A stretch of DNA of 60,992 bases from a virus (lineage: Duplodnaviria; Caudoviricetes). The translations under genes and the position numbers were made by a program. The stretch spans positions 1-60,992 of IMG/VR virus record IMGVR_UViG_3300030202_000714; one strand, given 5' to 3'. Below, piece after piece: positions 27,027-37,147 of the stretch. Within the stretch, counting starts at the first letter, position 1. Every line of letters starts with the position of its first letter. The notes below the pieces were generated by a model. It made no database searches, was not told where the DNA came from, and was given only the letters and a program-made list of their open reading frames with translations.

Positions 27027-29236
27027 TGTATCAGCAAAGTTTATATAGTATTATACAACCTATAAAGTTAAACACTATTAAGAGGTTGAATAAAAAAAAG
27101 GCTTGGAAATATGGTTACAATAAAGAAAATGATGTTGTTGTAATTAGTAAGACAGGACAGATAGGCGATGTGTATAGCATACAAGGTTTGAAAATAGCTT
27201 TGCCAAAAGTTCCAAAAGAAGTACACGTATTTAAGAATAATACTTGGCAGGTAACAGAATACCCTAAAGAGCTAAATAGAATTAAAACAATATTTGATTG
27301 GCGTGAGTATCCAGAGGACTTTAAAAAAAAGTATATTGGTTATATAGAAAATGAGTTTACGAAAAGAGAAAATGGTTTCTGGTTTAGTAATAATGATATA
27401 CCTACTTACATTACTGGCACACATTATATGTATCTTCAGTGGTCTAAAATTGATGTAGGACATCCAGATTTTAGAGAAGCAAATAGATTATTTTATATAT
27501 TCTGGGAAGCTTGTAAAGCTGATAATAGATGTTATGGTATGTGTTATCTTAAGAATAGACGATCTGGTTTTTCGTTTATGGCATCTGGTGAGACAGTTAA
27601 TTTAGCTACTATATCTAGTGACGCTAGATTTGGTATACTATCTAAATCTGGTCCTGATGCTAAAAAGATGTTTACAGACAAGGTAGTACCAATATCAGTT
27701 AACTATCCTTTCTTTTTTAAACCGATTCAAGATGGTATGGATCGACCTAAAACTGAGCTAGCGTATAGAGTACCAGCTAGTAAGTTAACAAGAAGAAACA
27801 TTACATCTACTGAAAACAGGCCTGAGGAATTAACAGGATTAGACACAACTATTGACTGGAAAAATACAGGTGATAATAGTTATGATGGTGAAAAATTAAA
27901 ACTGTTAGTACATGATGAGAGTGGTAAGTGGGAGAGACCAAACAATATATTAAACAACTGGCGTGTAACAAAAACTACATTAAGATTAGGTAGTAGAATT
28001 ATTGGTAAGTGTATGATGGGGTCAACATCAAATGCTTTAGATAAAGGAGGTGATAACTTTAAAAAACTATATTATGATTCAGACGTTACCAAAAGAAACC
28101 GCAATGGACAGACTAGCTCGGGATTATATAGTTTGTTCATACCTATGGAATGGAACTACGAAGGATTCATTGATTCTAATGGAATACCTGTATTCGAAAC
28201 GCCAACAGAAGAGGTTAAGGGACCATTTGGAGACTATATAGATATAGGTGTTATTGATCATTGGCAAAACGAAGCCGATGGATTAAAGAATGATCAAGAC
28301 GCATTAAATGAATTTTATAGACAATTTCCAAGAACTGAAGAACATGCTTTCAGAGATGAAACTAAAAACAGTATATTTAATTTAGTAAAAATATACGAGC
28401 AAATAGATATAAATGAAGAGGTTGCTAATTATAGTAGAGGTAATTTCCAATGGGCAGGTGGTATAAAAGATACTACTGTTAGGTTTTTACCAAATCAACA
28501 AGGTAGATTTAATATATCTTGGACCCCACCACTTCATCTACAAAATAAACAAGTAGTTAAAAACGGTTTAAAATATCCTGGTAATGAACACATGGGTGCT
28601 TTTGGTTGTGATAGCTACGATATATCAGGTACAGTTGATGGTAAAGGTTCTAAAGGAGCTTTACACGGATTAACAAAGTTTAGCATGGAAGATGCCCCTG
28701 CTAATTCTTTTTTCTTAGAGTACTTAGCTAGACCTCAGACATCCGAGATGTTCTTTGAGGACGTTCTAATGGCTTTAGTATTTTATGGGATGCCAATACT
28801 CGCTGAGAACAATAAACCTCGTCTATTGTATTATTTAAAAAGACGTGGTTATAGAGGTTATTCAATGAATAGACCTGATAAAGTTTGGAATAAATTATCT
28901 GTAGCAGAAAAAGAAGTTGGTGGAATGCCTAATTCAAGTGAAGATATTAAACAAGCTCACGCTGCTGCGATTGAAATGTATATAAATGATCATGTAGGTT
29001 TAAAAGCTGATGGTGAATATGGAGACATGGTATTTAACAACACATTAAATGATTGGGCTGGTTTTGATATAACAAGAAGAACTAAGTATGATGCAACAAT
29101 TAGTAGTGGTTTAGCTATTATGGCTTGTAATAGACATTTATACAACCCAAGATCAAATGTACAAAGAGATAAAATAAACTTAAAAATAGCTAAATATAAA
29201 AATAAAGGCTATAATTCAAAATTAATAAAACAATAA
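27026..29236 (+). CDS. terL: Terminase large subunit
   Basis: Walker A KNRRSGFS, Walker B LLVHDESGK, nuclease GCDSYD; upstream of the portal. Confidence 0.9.
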   Translation: MYQQSLYSIIQPIKLNTIKRLNKKKAWKYGYNKENDVVVISKTGQIGDVYSIQGLKIALPKVPKEVHVFKNNTWQVTEYPKELNRIKTIFDWREYPEDFKKKYIGYIENEFTKRENGFWFSNNDIPTYITGTHYMYLQWSKIDVGHPDFREANRLFYIFWEACKADNRCYGMCYLKNRRSGFSFMASGETVNLATISSDARFGILSKSGPDAKKMFTDKVVPISVNYPFFFKPIQDGMDRPKTELAYRVPASKLTRRNITSTENRPEELTGLDTTIDWKNTGDNSYDGEKLKLLVHDESGKWERPNNILNNWRVTKTTLRLGSRIIGKCMMGSTSNALDKGGDNFKKLYYDSDVTKRNRNGQTSSGLYSLFIPMEWNYEGFIDSNGIPVFETPTEEVKGPFGDYIDIGVIDHWQNEADGLKNDQDALNEFYRQFPRTEEHAFRDETKNSIFNLVKIYEQIDINEEVANYSRGNFQWAGGIKDTTVRFLPNQQGRFNISWTPPLHLQNKQVVKNGLKYPGNEHMGAFGCDSYDISGTVDGKGSKGALHGLTKFSMEDAPANSFFLEYLARPQTSEMFFEDVLMALVFYGMPILAENNKPRLLYYLKRRGYRGYSMNRPDKVWNKLSVAEKEVGGMPNSSEDIKQAHAAAIEMYINDHVGLKADGEYGDMVFNNTLNDWAGFDITRRTKYDATISSGLAIMACNRHLYNPRSNVQRDKINLKIAKYKNKGYNSKLIKQ

Positions 29237-29237
29237 T

Positions 29238-31664
29238 ATGGCTGAGTCTTACATGAGCAATTATTTTCCTAGTCAAGTTGTAAGCGACAAAGAGAAGATG
29301 TCTTTAAAATATGGTTTAAAGATAGGTAAAGCTATTGAAAGCGAGTGGTTTAAAAGAGACTCTGGCACAAATAGATTTGCTAGCAACCAAAACAACTTCC
29401 ACAAACTTAGACTTTACGCTAGGGGAGAACAAGCTATTCAAAAATATAAAGATGAATTATCAATTAACGGTGATTTATCATATCTTAATTTAGATTGGAA
29501 ACCAGTACCTATTATACCTAAATTTGTAGATATAGTAGTAAATGGCATATCAGAAAGAACTTTTGATATAAAAGCATATACACAGGATCCATATGGTGTT
29601 GATAAGAGAACTAAATATATGGAAGGTATATTAGCTGATATGAGATCTCAAGAGTTAAATGAATTTGCAGCAGAGGCTTTTGGTGTAAATTTACAATCAA
29701 GTAACGCTAACCCTTTACCTGATAACGAGGAAGAGCTACAGTTACACATGCAGTTAAATTATAAACAAGCTGTTGAAATAGCAGAAGAGCAAGCTATAAA
29801 TGTTTTATTAGATGGTAATAGATATGAGTTAGTCCGTAAAAAGGTTAACTATGATTTATGCGTTTTAGGTATAGGTTGTGTTAAAAATACTTTTAACAAA
29901 GCTGAGGGTGTTAAAGTAGAATATGTTGATCCTGCTAACGTAGTATATTCATATACTGAAGACCCGTATTTTGAGGATATATACTACTTTGGTGAGATTA
30001 AAACTCTACCTATAAACGAATTAATTAAAGAGTTTCCTCATTTAACAGAACAAGAATTAAAAAGTTTACATAACCAAGGTCATCAAACTACAGGTTTTTA
30101 TAATAGAAGTTTAGCTGAATCAGTTAATCAAGATAAAAATCAAATACAAGTTTTATATTTTAATTATAAAACTTATATGAATCAGGTTTATAAAACTAAA
30201 GAAACTTCTACAGGTGCTCACAAGGTTATAGTTAAAGATGACGAGTTTAATCCACCTACAGAATTATTAGAGGAAAGATTTGGTAAATTATCTAAACAAA
30301 TAGAAGTTTTATTTGAAGGTGCCATGGTTCTAGGTACTAAACAAATGTTAAGATGGAATTTAGCTAGCAACATGATGAGACCTAAGAGTGATTATACTAA
30401 AGTTAAAATGAATTATAGTATTGTTGCTCCTAGAATGTATAAAGGCAAAATAGAATCTTTAGTTAGTAGAATTACTACATTTGCTGATATGATTCAAATA
30501 ACACACCTTAAAATTCAACAGGTGATGTCTAGAATGGTTCCAGATGGTATATATTTAGACGCTGATGGATTAGCTGAAATAGATTTAGGTAATGGAACTA
30601 ATTATAATCCACAAGAAGCATTAAACATGTTTTTCCAAACTGGTAGTATAATTGGTAGATCATTTACATCTGATGGTGATATGAACCCAGGTAAAGTACC
30701 TATTCAAGAAATACAGAGTGGTGCTGGTGGTGCTAAATTACAGTCTCTAATACAAACGTATAACTATTATCTACAAATGATAAGAGACGTGACCGGATTA
30801 AATGAAGCAAGAGATGGTAGTATGCCAGATGCTAAAACATTAGTTGGTGTACAGAAATTAGCCGCAGCTAATAGTAACACAGCAACAAGACATATATTAC
30901 AAGCTGGTTTGTTTTTAACAACTGAATTAGCAGAATGTTTATCATTAAGAATATCTGATATACTAGAATACTCACCTACAAAAGACGCTTTTGTTCAAAA
31001 GTTAGGTAGACATAATGTTGCTACTTTAAAAGAAATGGCTGATTTACATTTATATGATTTTGGAATTTTTATAGAATTATCACCAGATGAAGAAGAAAAA
31101 GCAATGCTTGAAAATAATATTCAACAAGCACTACAACAACAAGGTATAAACCTAGAAGATGCTATTGATATTAGAGAAATAAAAAATGTTAAACTTGCAA
31201 ACCAGTTATTAAAACTAAAACGTAAGAGAAAAGCTGAAGAAGATGCAGCGGCTCAGCAAGCTAATATACAACAGCAAGCACAAGCCAATGCTCAAGCTCA
31301 GCAAGTTGCAGCTCAAGCAGAAGCACAAAAAAATCAAGTTGTAACGCAGAATCAAATGCAGTTAGAACAAACAAAGTCTCAACTTGAAACAGAAAAAATG
31401 ATTAAAGAAGCTCAGTTAAAGAAAGAGTTAATGAATCATGAATTTCAACTTAACATGCAGATAGAGCAAATGAAGGCTCAAACAGCAAAAGCAAGTGAAG
31501 ATAATAAAGAAAACCGTAAGGACGAAAGAACTAAAATCCAAGCGAGTCAACAATCTGAATTAATAGATCAAAGAAAAAGTAATAAACCACCTAAAAACTT
31601 TGAATCTTCAGGTAATGATATAATGGGTGGTGGGTTCGGCATGAATGCCTTTGAACCAAAATAA
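29238..31664 (+). CDS. Portal protein
   Basis: 808 aa after TerL; PIIPKFVDIVVNG, VTGLNEARDG, Gln-rich C-terminal helical barrel as in podovirus portals. Confidence 0.85.
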   Translation: MAESYMSNYFPSQVVSDKEKMSLKYGLKIGKAIESEWFKRDSGTNRFASNQNNFHKLRLYARGEQAIQKYKDELSINGDLSYLNLDWKPVPIIPKFVDIVVNGISERTFDIKAYTQDPYGVDKRTKYMEGILADMRSQELNEFAAEAFGVNLQSSNANPLPDNEEELQLHMQLNYKQAVEIAEEQAINVLLDGNRYELVRKKVNYDLCVLGIGCVKNTFNKAEGVKVEYVDPANVVYSYTEDPYFEDIYYFGEIKTLPINELIKEFPHLTEQELKSLHNQGHQTTGFYNRSLAESVNQDKNQIQVLYFNYKTYMNQVYKTKETSTGAHKVIVKDDEFNPPTELLEERFGKLSKQIEVLFEGAMVLGTKQMLRWNLASNMMRPKSDYTKVKMNYSIVAPRMYKGKIESLVSRITTFADMIQITHLKIQQVMSRMVPDGIYLDADGLAEIDLGNGTNYNPQEALNMFFQTGSIIGRSFTSDGDMNPGKVPIQEIQSGAGGAKLQSLIQTYNYYLQMIRDVTGLNEARDGSMPDAKTLVGVQKLAAANSNTATRHILQAGLFLTTELAECLSLRISDILEYSPTKDAFVQKLGRHNVATLKEMADLHLYDFGIFIELSPDEEEKAMLENNIQQALQQQGINLEDAIDIREIKNVKLANQLLKLKRKRKAEEDAAAQQANIQQQAQANAQAQQVAAQAEAQKNQVVTQNQMQLEQTKSQLETEKMIKEAQLKKELMNHEFQLNMQIEQMKAQTAKASEDNKENRKDERTKIQASQQSELIDQRKSNKPPKNFESSGNDIMGGGFGMNAFEPK

Positions 31665-31690
31665 TTTGTTTAATTTTATAATATTATATT

Positions 31691-32941
31691 ATGGCTAAAA
31701 AAGAAAAAGCTAAGGCGGTCGAAGAGATCGTTGAAGAAACACAAGAACAGCCTGTTGCTGAAGAGCAAAAGGTTGAGGAACCATCTAATCCTAATGAGGT
31801 TAAAGAAGATGGTACTATAAAAGTAGATTTAGATAAATGGGCTAAGGTTAGTAAAAAAGAAGATACTGATGTAGCTAAAGTTGATTTATCTGAGAAGAAA
31901 GAAGAAGAACAACCAAAAGAAGAAGTAAAAGAAGAAGTAAAAGAAGAACCTGTTGAAGAGGTTAAGGAAGAAGAAAAAACAGAAGAAGTGGTTGAAGAAA
32001 TACCAGCTGTTGAAGAAATTACTGAAATAGAGGTTGAAGAAAAAGTTGAAGAGGTTAAAGAAGCAGTTGAAGAAGCTGTTGCTGAAGCTAAAGAAACTGG
32101 TGAACCACTACCTGAAAATATACAAAAGGTAGTTGAATTCATTAATGAAACAGGAGGTACTCTTGATGATTATGTTAGATTAAATCAAGATTATGACAAG
32201 TTTGATGATAATGAACTCGTAAACGAGTACTTAAAACAAACTAAACCTCATTTAACAGATGAAGAAAGAGTTTTCGTTATGGAAGACTTGTATTCTTATA
32301 ATGAAGATGAGGACGATCCTAAAGACATTAGAAGAAAAAAACTGGCATTAAAAGAGCAAGTTGCGAATGCCAAAAGCCACTTGGACGGGCAAAAGTCCAA
32401 ATATTACGCTGAAGTCAAAGCTGGTTCAAGATTAAATCCTGAACAACAAAAAGCTGTTGACTTCTTTAATCGATATAATGAAGACGCTAAAGCTGTTGAA
32501 AAGAATAAGTCGATCTTTGAGAAAAAGTCAAATGAAGTTTTTAACAATGAATTCAAAGGTTTTGAATATAAAGTTGGTGAAAAACGTTTCAGACTTAATG
32601 TTAAAGAAGCTGATAAGGTTAAAGATAACCAAATGAACATTAACAACTTCGTGAGTAAATTTACTAATAAAGATACTCAAGTTGTTGAAGATGCCAAGGG
32701 TTATCATAAATCACTTTTTACAGCAATGAACCCTGATTTAGTTGCAAATCATTTTTATCAACAAGGTAAAGCTGATGCTATAAAAGAAAGTATGGCTAAA
32801 GCTAAAAATGTTGACATGTCTGCTAGACAAACTAACACTAACGTTATTCAGTCTGGTGGTATGAGTGTAAGAGCTATATCTGGTGATTCATCTAGTGACT
32901 TTAAAGTAAAGATTGGGAGAAATCCAAATAAAATAAGTTAA
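31691..32941 (+). CDS. Probable capsid scaffolding protein
   Basis: Extremely Glu-rich N-terminus; located between portal and major capsid gene. Confidence 0.7.
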   Translation: MAKKEKAKAVEEIVEETQEQPVAEEQKVEEPSNPNEVKEDGTIKVDLDKWAKVSKKEDTDVAKVDLSEKKEEEQPKEEVKEEVKEEPVEEVKEEEKTEEVVEEIPAVEEITEIEVEEKVEEVKEAVEEAVAEAKETGEPLPENIQKVVEFINETGGTLDDYVRLNQDYDKFDDNELVNEYLKQTKPHLTDEERVFVMEDLYSYNEDEDDPKDIRRKKLALKEQVANAKSHLDGQKSKYYAEVKAGSRLNPEQQKAVDFFNRYNEDAKAVEKNKSIFEKKSNEVFNNEFKGFEYKVGEKRFRLNVKEADKVKDNQMNINNFVSKFTNKDTQVVEDAKGYHKSLFTAMNPDLVANHFYQQGKADAIKESMAKAKNVDMSARQTNTNVIQSGGMSVRAISGDSSSDFKVKIGRNPNKIS

Positions 32942-32960
32942 ACATTAAAAATTAAAAGTT

Positions 32961-34433
32961 ATGCCTTTTATTAATCCTGCTCAAGGTGCTGAATTACAGC
33001 ACTTGACACCTCGCCCAACTCAATCGTTGTGGGGAGATAATTATTTGAGCTTCGATTCTGCATCTGGCGGTGGAACATTCGCACAGCAGTTTTTACCAGA
33101 AATTTATGAAAAGGAAGTAGAAAGATACGGAAAAAGAACTGTATCTGGTTTCCTTAAAATGGTAGGAGCTGAAATGCCTCTTGCTTCTGATCAAGTTATT
33201 TGGTCTGAACAAGGAAGATTACACATCGCTTATGATTCATTAGAATCTGGAGCTAACTCTGTACAAGTTGCAGTAGCTGCTGATAATACAATTACATTAC
33301 CTGCTGCTCACTTAGTACAACAATTTGATACAGTTATCATAGTAAACAATGAGTCTGCTAGATTAGGTAACACAATAAAATGTAGAGTATCTGCTATTAC
33401 AAATACAGGAGCTACATGTCTACCTTACTCAACTAATGACTTAGCTGACGGAGCTTTGTTTGCTAATGGTGATGATATTAAAGTATTCGTTTATGGTAAT
33501 GAATATCCAAAAGGTTCTTCAGGAATCGTTGGTAGTATAGATGCTGGGTTTACTCAGTTCTCTAACAGACCTATCATTTTGAGAGACAGATACCAAGTTA
33601 ATGGTTCTGACACTGCTCAAATCGGTTGGGTTGAGGTTACTACTGAAAACGGTGCTTCTGGTTACCTTTGGTATATGAAATCTGAACACGAAGCTAGATT
33701 AAGATTTGAAGACTACCTAGAAATGTCTATGTTAGAAGCTGAACAAGTAGCTTCTGGTTCTGCAATTTCTGGTGTTCAAGGTACTGAAGGTCTTTTCGCG
33801 GCTGTTGAATCAAGAGGTTTAGTATTTACTGGAACTGATTTTGACGTACAAACTGGATATAACTCTGCTGGAGTTGCTACAGCTTATGTCGTTAATGCTG
33901 GTTTAAGTGAGTTTGATACTATTCTTAATGAATTAGACAAGCAAGGTGCTATTGAAGAGAACATGATGTTCTTAGATAGAAACACTTCTTTAGAAATTGA
34001 TAACATGTTAGCGTCTGTAAATTCACACGTTGCTGGTGGTGCTTCTTATGGAGTATTCAACAACGCAGAAGATATGGCGTTAAATTTAGGTTTCTCTGGT
34101 TTCAGAAGAGGTTCTTATGACTTCTACAAATCTGACTGGAAATACTTAAATGATTCAACTACTAGAGGAAACTTGACTGATATTCAAGGTCTTTTAGTAC
34201 CAGCTGGTACATCTACTGTGTATGATCAATCTATGGGTAAAAATATCTCTAGACCATTCTTACATATTAGATATAGATCTTCTGAAGCTGATGATAGAAA
34301 AATGAAATCATGGATCACTGGATCTGTTGGTGGAAACTATACTTCTGACGCTGATGAGATGGTAGTTAACTTCTTATCTGAAAGATGTTTATGCGTTCAA
34401 GCAGCAAACAACTTCGTATTATTTAAGAGCTAA
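32961..34433 (+). CDS. Major capsid protein
   Basis: 490 aa after the scaffold, strongly biased codon usage, followed by a terminator-like hairpin. Confidence 0.8.
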   Translation: MPFINPAQGAELQHLTPRPTQSLWGDNYLSFDSASGGGTFAQQFLPEIYEKEVERYGKRTVSGFLKMVGAEMPLASDQVIWSEQGRLHIAYDSLESGANSVQVAVAADNTITLPAAHLVQQFDTVIIVNNESARLGNTIKCRVSAITNTGATCLPYSTNDLADGALFANGDDIKVFVYGNEYPKGSSGIVGSIDAGFTQFSNRPIILRDRYQVNGSDTAQIGWVEVTTENGASGYLWYMKSEHEARLRFEDYLEMSMLEAEQVASGSAISGVQGTEGLFAAVESRGLVFTGTDFDVQTGYNSAGVATAYVVNAGLSEFDTILNELDKQGAIEENMMFLDRNTSLEIDNMLASVNSHVAGGASYGVFNNAEDMALNLGFSGFRRGSYDFYKSDWKYLNDSTTRGNLTDIQGLLVPAGTSTVYDQSMGKNISRPFLHIRYRSSEADDRKMKSWITGSVGGNYTSDADEMVVNFLSERCLCVQAANNFVLFKS

Positions 34434-34457
34434 TTGCTAACAATTATTTATAAAGTT

Positions 34458-34497
34458 GAGAGGGCGGTATACGTATCGCCCCTCCTCTTTATTTTTT
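34458..34497 (+). terminator. Terminator-like hairpin after the major capsid gene
   Basis: GGGCGGTA-TACG-TATCGCCC followed by a T-rich tract. Confidence 0.7.
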
Positions 34498-34522
34498 ACA
34501 AACTTTTTAATTATATTATATC

Positions 34523-35254
34523 ATGGAAAAATACAAAGATAAATTGTATGAACTGACAGGTAGACATCAACCAATATTGAATAAAATACCATCAAGACAT
34601 ACTAGAAAAAATCCTTTAATGTGGTTTGACGAAGAAAAAGGTTACAATAGAGAATTAAGATATGCTACAAACCAAAAGTCACCATTCGTTGATGAACAAG
34701 TAGGTCCTGCAACTTTAGGACATATTGCTTTTAGAAACGGTAAACTTCACGTAGAAGGTAAACAACAAAACTTAATAAAGTTCTTAGAAAAACACCCACT
34801 AAATGGTAAGTTATTTAGAGAACATAATAAAGTTGAAATAGCAGAAGACGAATTAGATTACTTAGAATTTAAAGTAGAATCTATGAAATATGCTAAAGAA
34901 ATGGAAATAGATCAAGCTGAAGCTATTTTAAGAGTTGAAATAGGTAGTGAAGTTAGTAAGATGACTACTAAAGAAATTAGAAGAGATCTTATTGTAATGG
35001 CTGAAAGAAATCCTAAACTATTTTTAAGCTTAGTTCAAGACGATAACATTATGTTGAGAAACATAGGTATTAAAGCTACTGAAGCTGGTATATTAGAACT
35101 TACGCAAGATCAAAGAACATTTAAATGGAAATCAAATGGTAGAAAACTATTTGAAGTACCTCACGAGGAGCATCCTTATTCAGCGCTAGCCGCTTGGTTT
35201 AAAACTGATGAAGGTATGGCTGCTTTTAAAACAATTGAAAAAAGATTAAATTAA
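34523..35254 (+). CDS. Hypothetical protein (head module)
   Basis: 243-aa ORF. Confidence 0.8.
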   Translation: MEKYKDKLYELTGRHQPILNKIPSRHTRKNPLMWFDEEKGYNRELRYATNQKSPFVDEQVGPATLGHIAFRNGKLHVEGKQQNLIKFLEKHPLNGKLFREHNKVEIAEDELDYLEFKVESMKYAKEMEIDQAEAILRVEIGSEVSKMTTKEIRRDLIVMAERNPKLFLSLVQDDNIMLRNIGIKATEAGILELTQDQRTFKWKSNGRKLFEVPHEEHPYSALAAWFKTDEGMAAFKTIEKRLN

Positions 35255-35262
35255 TAATCACT

Positions 35263-35303
35263 TTATAGAGTAGTCACTCTATACGGGTGACTACTACTAT
35301 AAA
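35263..35303. terminator. Intergenic hairpin
   Basis: AGTAGTCAC-tctatacgg-GTGACTACT with TATAG/CTATA extension. Confidence 0.55.
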
Positions 35304-35313
35304 AAACAAAAAT

Positions 35314-36051
35314 ATGGTCAATATAAATACAGTATATCAAAGAGTATTAACCATTGCTAATAAAGAGCAACGAGGATATATAACTCCACAAGAGTTTAAT
35401 ATACTTGCTAATCAAGCTCAGATGGATATATTTGAGCAATACTTTTATGATTTAAATCAATTTCATAGAGTACAAAGCATAAATGAAACGATATACGCAG
35501 ACACTGTAGATATTCTTCAAGAAAAAATAGATCACTTTGAAAAGTTTAGAGCTGCAGTAGATATGAGCAACGGAGGTGGTGTAGGTATACTACCTGATTA
35601 CTATCGTATGGGAGCTTTATATTATAAGAAAGCTGGTCAGTATTACGAAATAGAAAACGTTGAACAAAACGAACATCATACTTATTTAAGATCACCATTA
35701 ACAGCACCTACATTTACAAGACCTATATATGTTAGGTTTTCAAACGCTGGTGATAATCAAGAAAATAGAGAACAAAGAATACAAATCTTCCCAATAACAA
35801 TTACCTCAACTGTTTACTGCAATTACATTGCAAGACCTAGTACGGCTAGATGGGGTTATACTATTGTTAATGATAAGCCTTTATATAATCCAGCGGCTAC
35901 ATATACAACACACTTTGAATTACATGAATCAGAAGAAACTGATTTAGTGTTTAAAATATGTGCTTTAGCTGGTATTGTTATAAAAGACGCTGCGTTTTAT
36001 CAACAAGCTGCTCAAGAAGAAATAAACCAAATACAACAAGAAAAACAATAA
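35314..36051 (+). CDS. Head-tail adaptor / ring-type structural protein
   Basis: ATG at 35314 preferred over the GTG in the hairpin; NKEQRGYITPQEFN..ANQAQ, YIARP. Confidence 0.6.
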   Translation: MVNINTVYQRVLTIANKEQRGYITPQEFNILANQAQMDIFEQYFYDLNQFHRVQSINETIYADTVDILQEKIDHFEKFRAAVDMSNGGGVGILPDYYRMGALYYKKAGQYYEIENVEQNEHHTYLRSPLTAPTFTRPIYVRFSNAGDNQENREQRIQIFPITITSTVYCNYIARPSTARWGYTIVNDKPLYNPAATYTTHFELHESEETDLVFKICALAGIVIKDAAFYQQAAQEEINQIQQEKQ

Positions 36052-36054
36052 GCC

Positions 36055-37146
36055 ATGCCATTATTTAACATAACACAACAACAATATTACGATAATAGTC
36101 AGATTTTAGTTAGTAATGGTAACGCAGCACTACCTCCTTTAACATTTGATCCACTACCTACTGTAGAAGCTCAAATAGCTGTGTTTGTTGGTGGTAATGA
36201 AATAGCTGCAAATTTATTTGCTTATAATGCTTCTAACGGTGTTATAACAATGAACCCTGCCTTAGCTAATGGTACTCAAGTTACCGTTAGACAAGTAGCT
36301 GATCAAAATGAACAACTTGGTAATTATCAATATATAGGTATAGATGATATAATAGCTAACTTTCAAGTTAATTACGTTGGTGAGGGTAAAATTATAAGAA
36401 AAGTAAAAATACCTGAAATATCTTTTCATGTACAAAGAGCTATTGCTGAGTTAAGTTATGATACATTAAGATCAGAAAAATCTCAAGAGATAGAAATACC
36501 ACCATCATTAACAATGAGATTACCTCATGACTACGTTAATTATGTTAAGTTAAGTTGGAAAGATAACGCTGGTATTGAAAGAGTTTTATACCCTGCTAGA
36601 AACACTAGTAATCCTTTAGCAATATTACAAGATGGTGATTATGATTATACTTTTAATGAGGACCAAACTTTATTAGAAGCTCTTGATTCTAACACGTGGA
36701 CTGATTTTAGAAACTCAGCTAGTACAGATAATACTGTTGAAAATGTAAGTGGTCCTGATGTTGATGCTACATTAGCAGAGGGTAGAAGATATGGTCTTCA
36801 ACCAGAGCATGCTCAATTTAATGGTTTGTATTTTATAGATAATTCTAGAGGTATGATATATTTTAGTTCTGGAGTAAGTGGTAAAACAGTAACTTTAAAA
36901 TACATAAGTGATAGTTTAGGTACTGAAGAAGAAATAAGGGTACATAAGTTTGCTGAAGAAGCAGTCTATAAATGGGTTGCACATGGTATATTGTCATCTA
37001 GAGTAAATACACCAGAATATATAATAGCTAGATTTAAAAAAGAAAGATTTGCTGCGGCAAGAAAAGCTAAGTTAAGATTATCAAATTTAAAAACAGAAGA
37101 GCTTAACTTAATAATGAAAAACAAATCAAAAATAATAAAACATTAG
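36055..37146 (+). CDS. Tail tubular/ring structural protein
   Basis: LPHDYVNYVKLS, LKYISD; position in the tail module. Confidence 0.6.
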   Translation: MPLFNITQQQYYDNSQILVSNGNAALPPLTFDPLPTVEAQIAVFVGGNEIAANLFAYNASNGVITMNPALANGTQVTVRQVADQNEQLGNYQYIGIDDIIANFQVNYVGEGKIIRKVKIPEISFHVQRAIAELSYDTLRSEKSQEIEIPPSLTMRLPHDYVNYVKLSWKDNAGIERVLYPARNTSNPLAILQDGDYDYTFNEDQTLLEALDSNTWTDFRNSASTDNTVENVSGPDVDATLAEGRRYGLQPEHAQFNGLYFIDNSRGMIYFSSGVSGKTVTLKYISDSLGTEEEIRVHKFAEEAVYKWVAHGILSSRVNTPEYIIARFKKERFAAARKAKLRLSNLKTEELNLIMKNKSKIIKH

Positions 37147-37147
37147 T

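Noticed and set aside
31860-32100. GAA-rich tandem repeats
   Set aside because: Encode the Glu-rich region of the scaffold protein; ordinary low complexity
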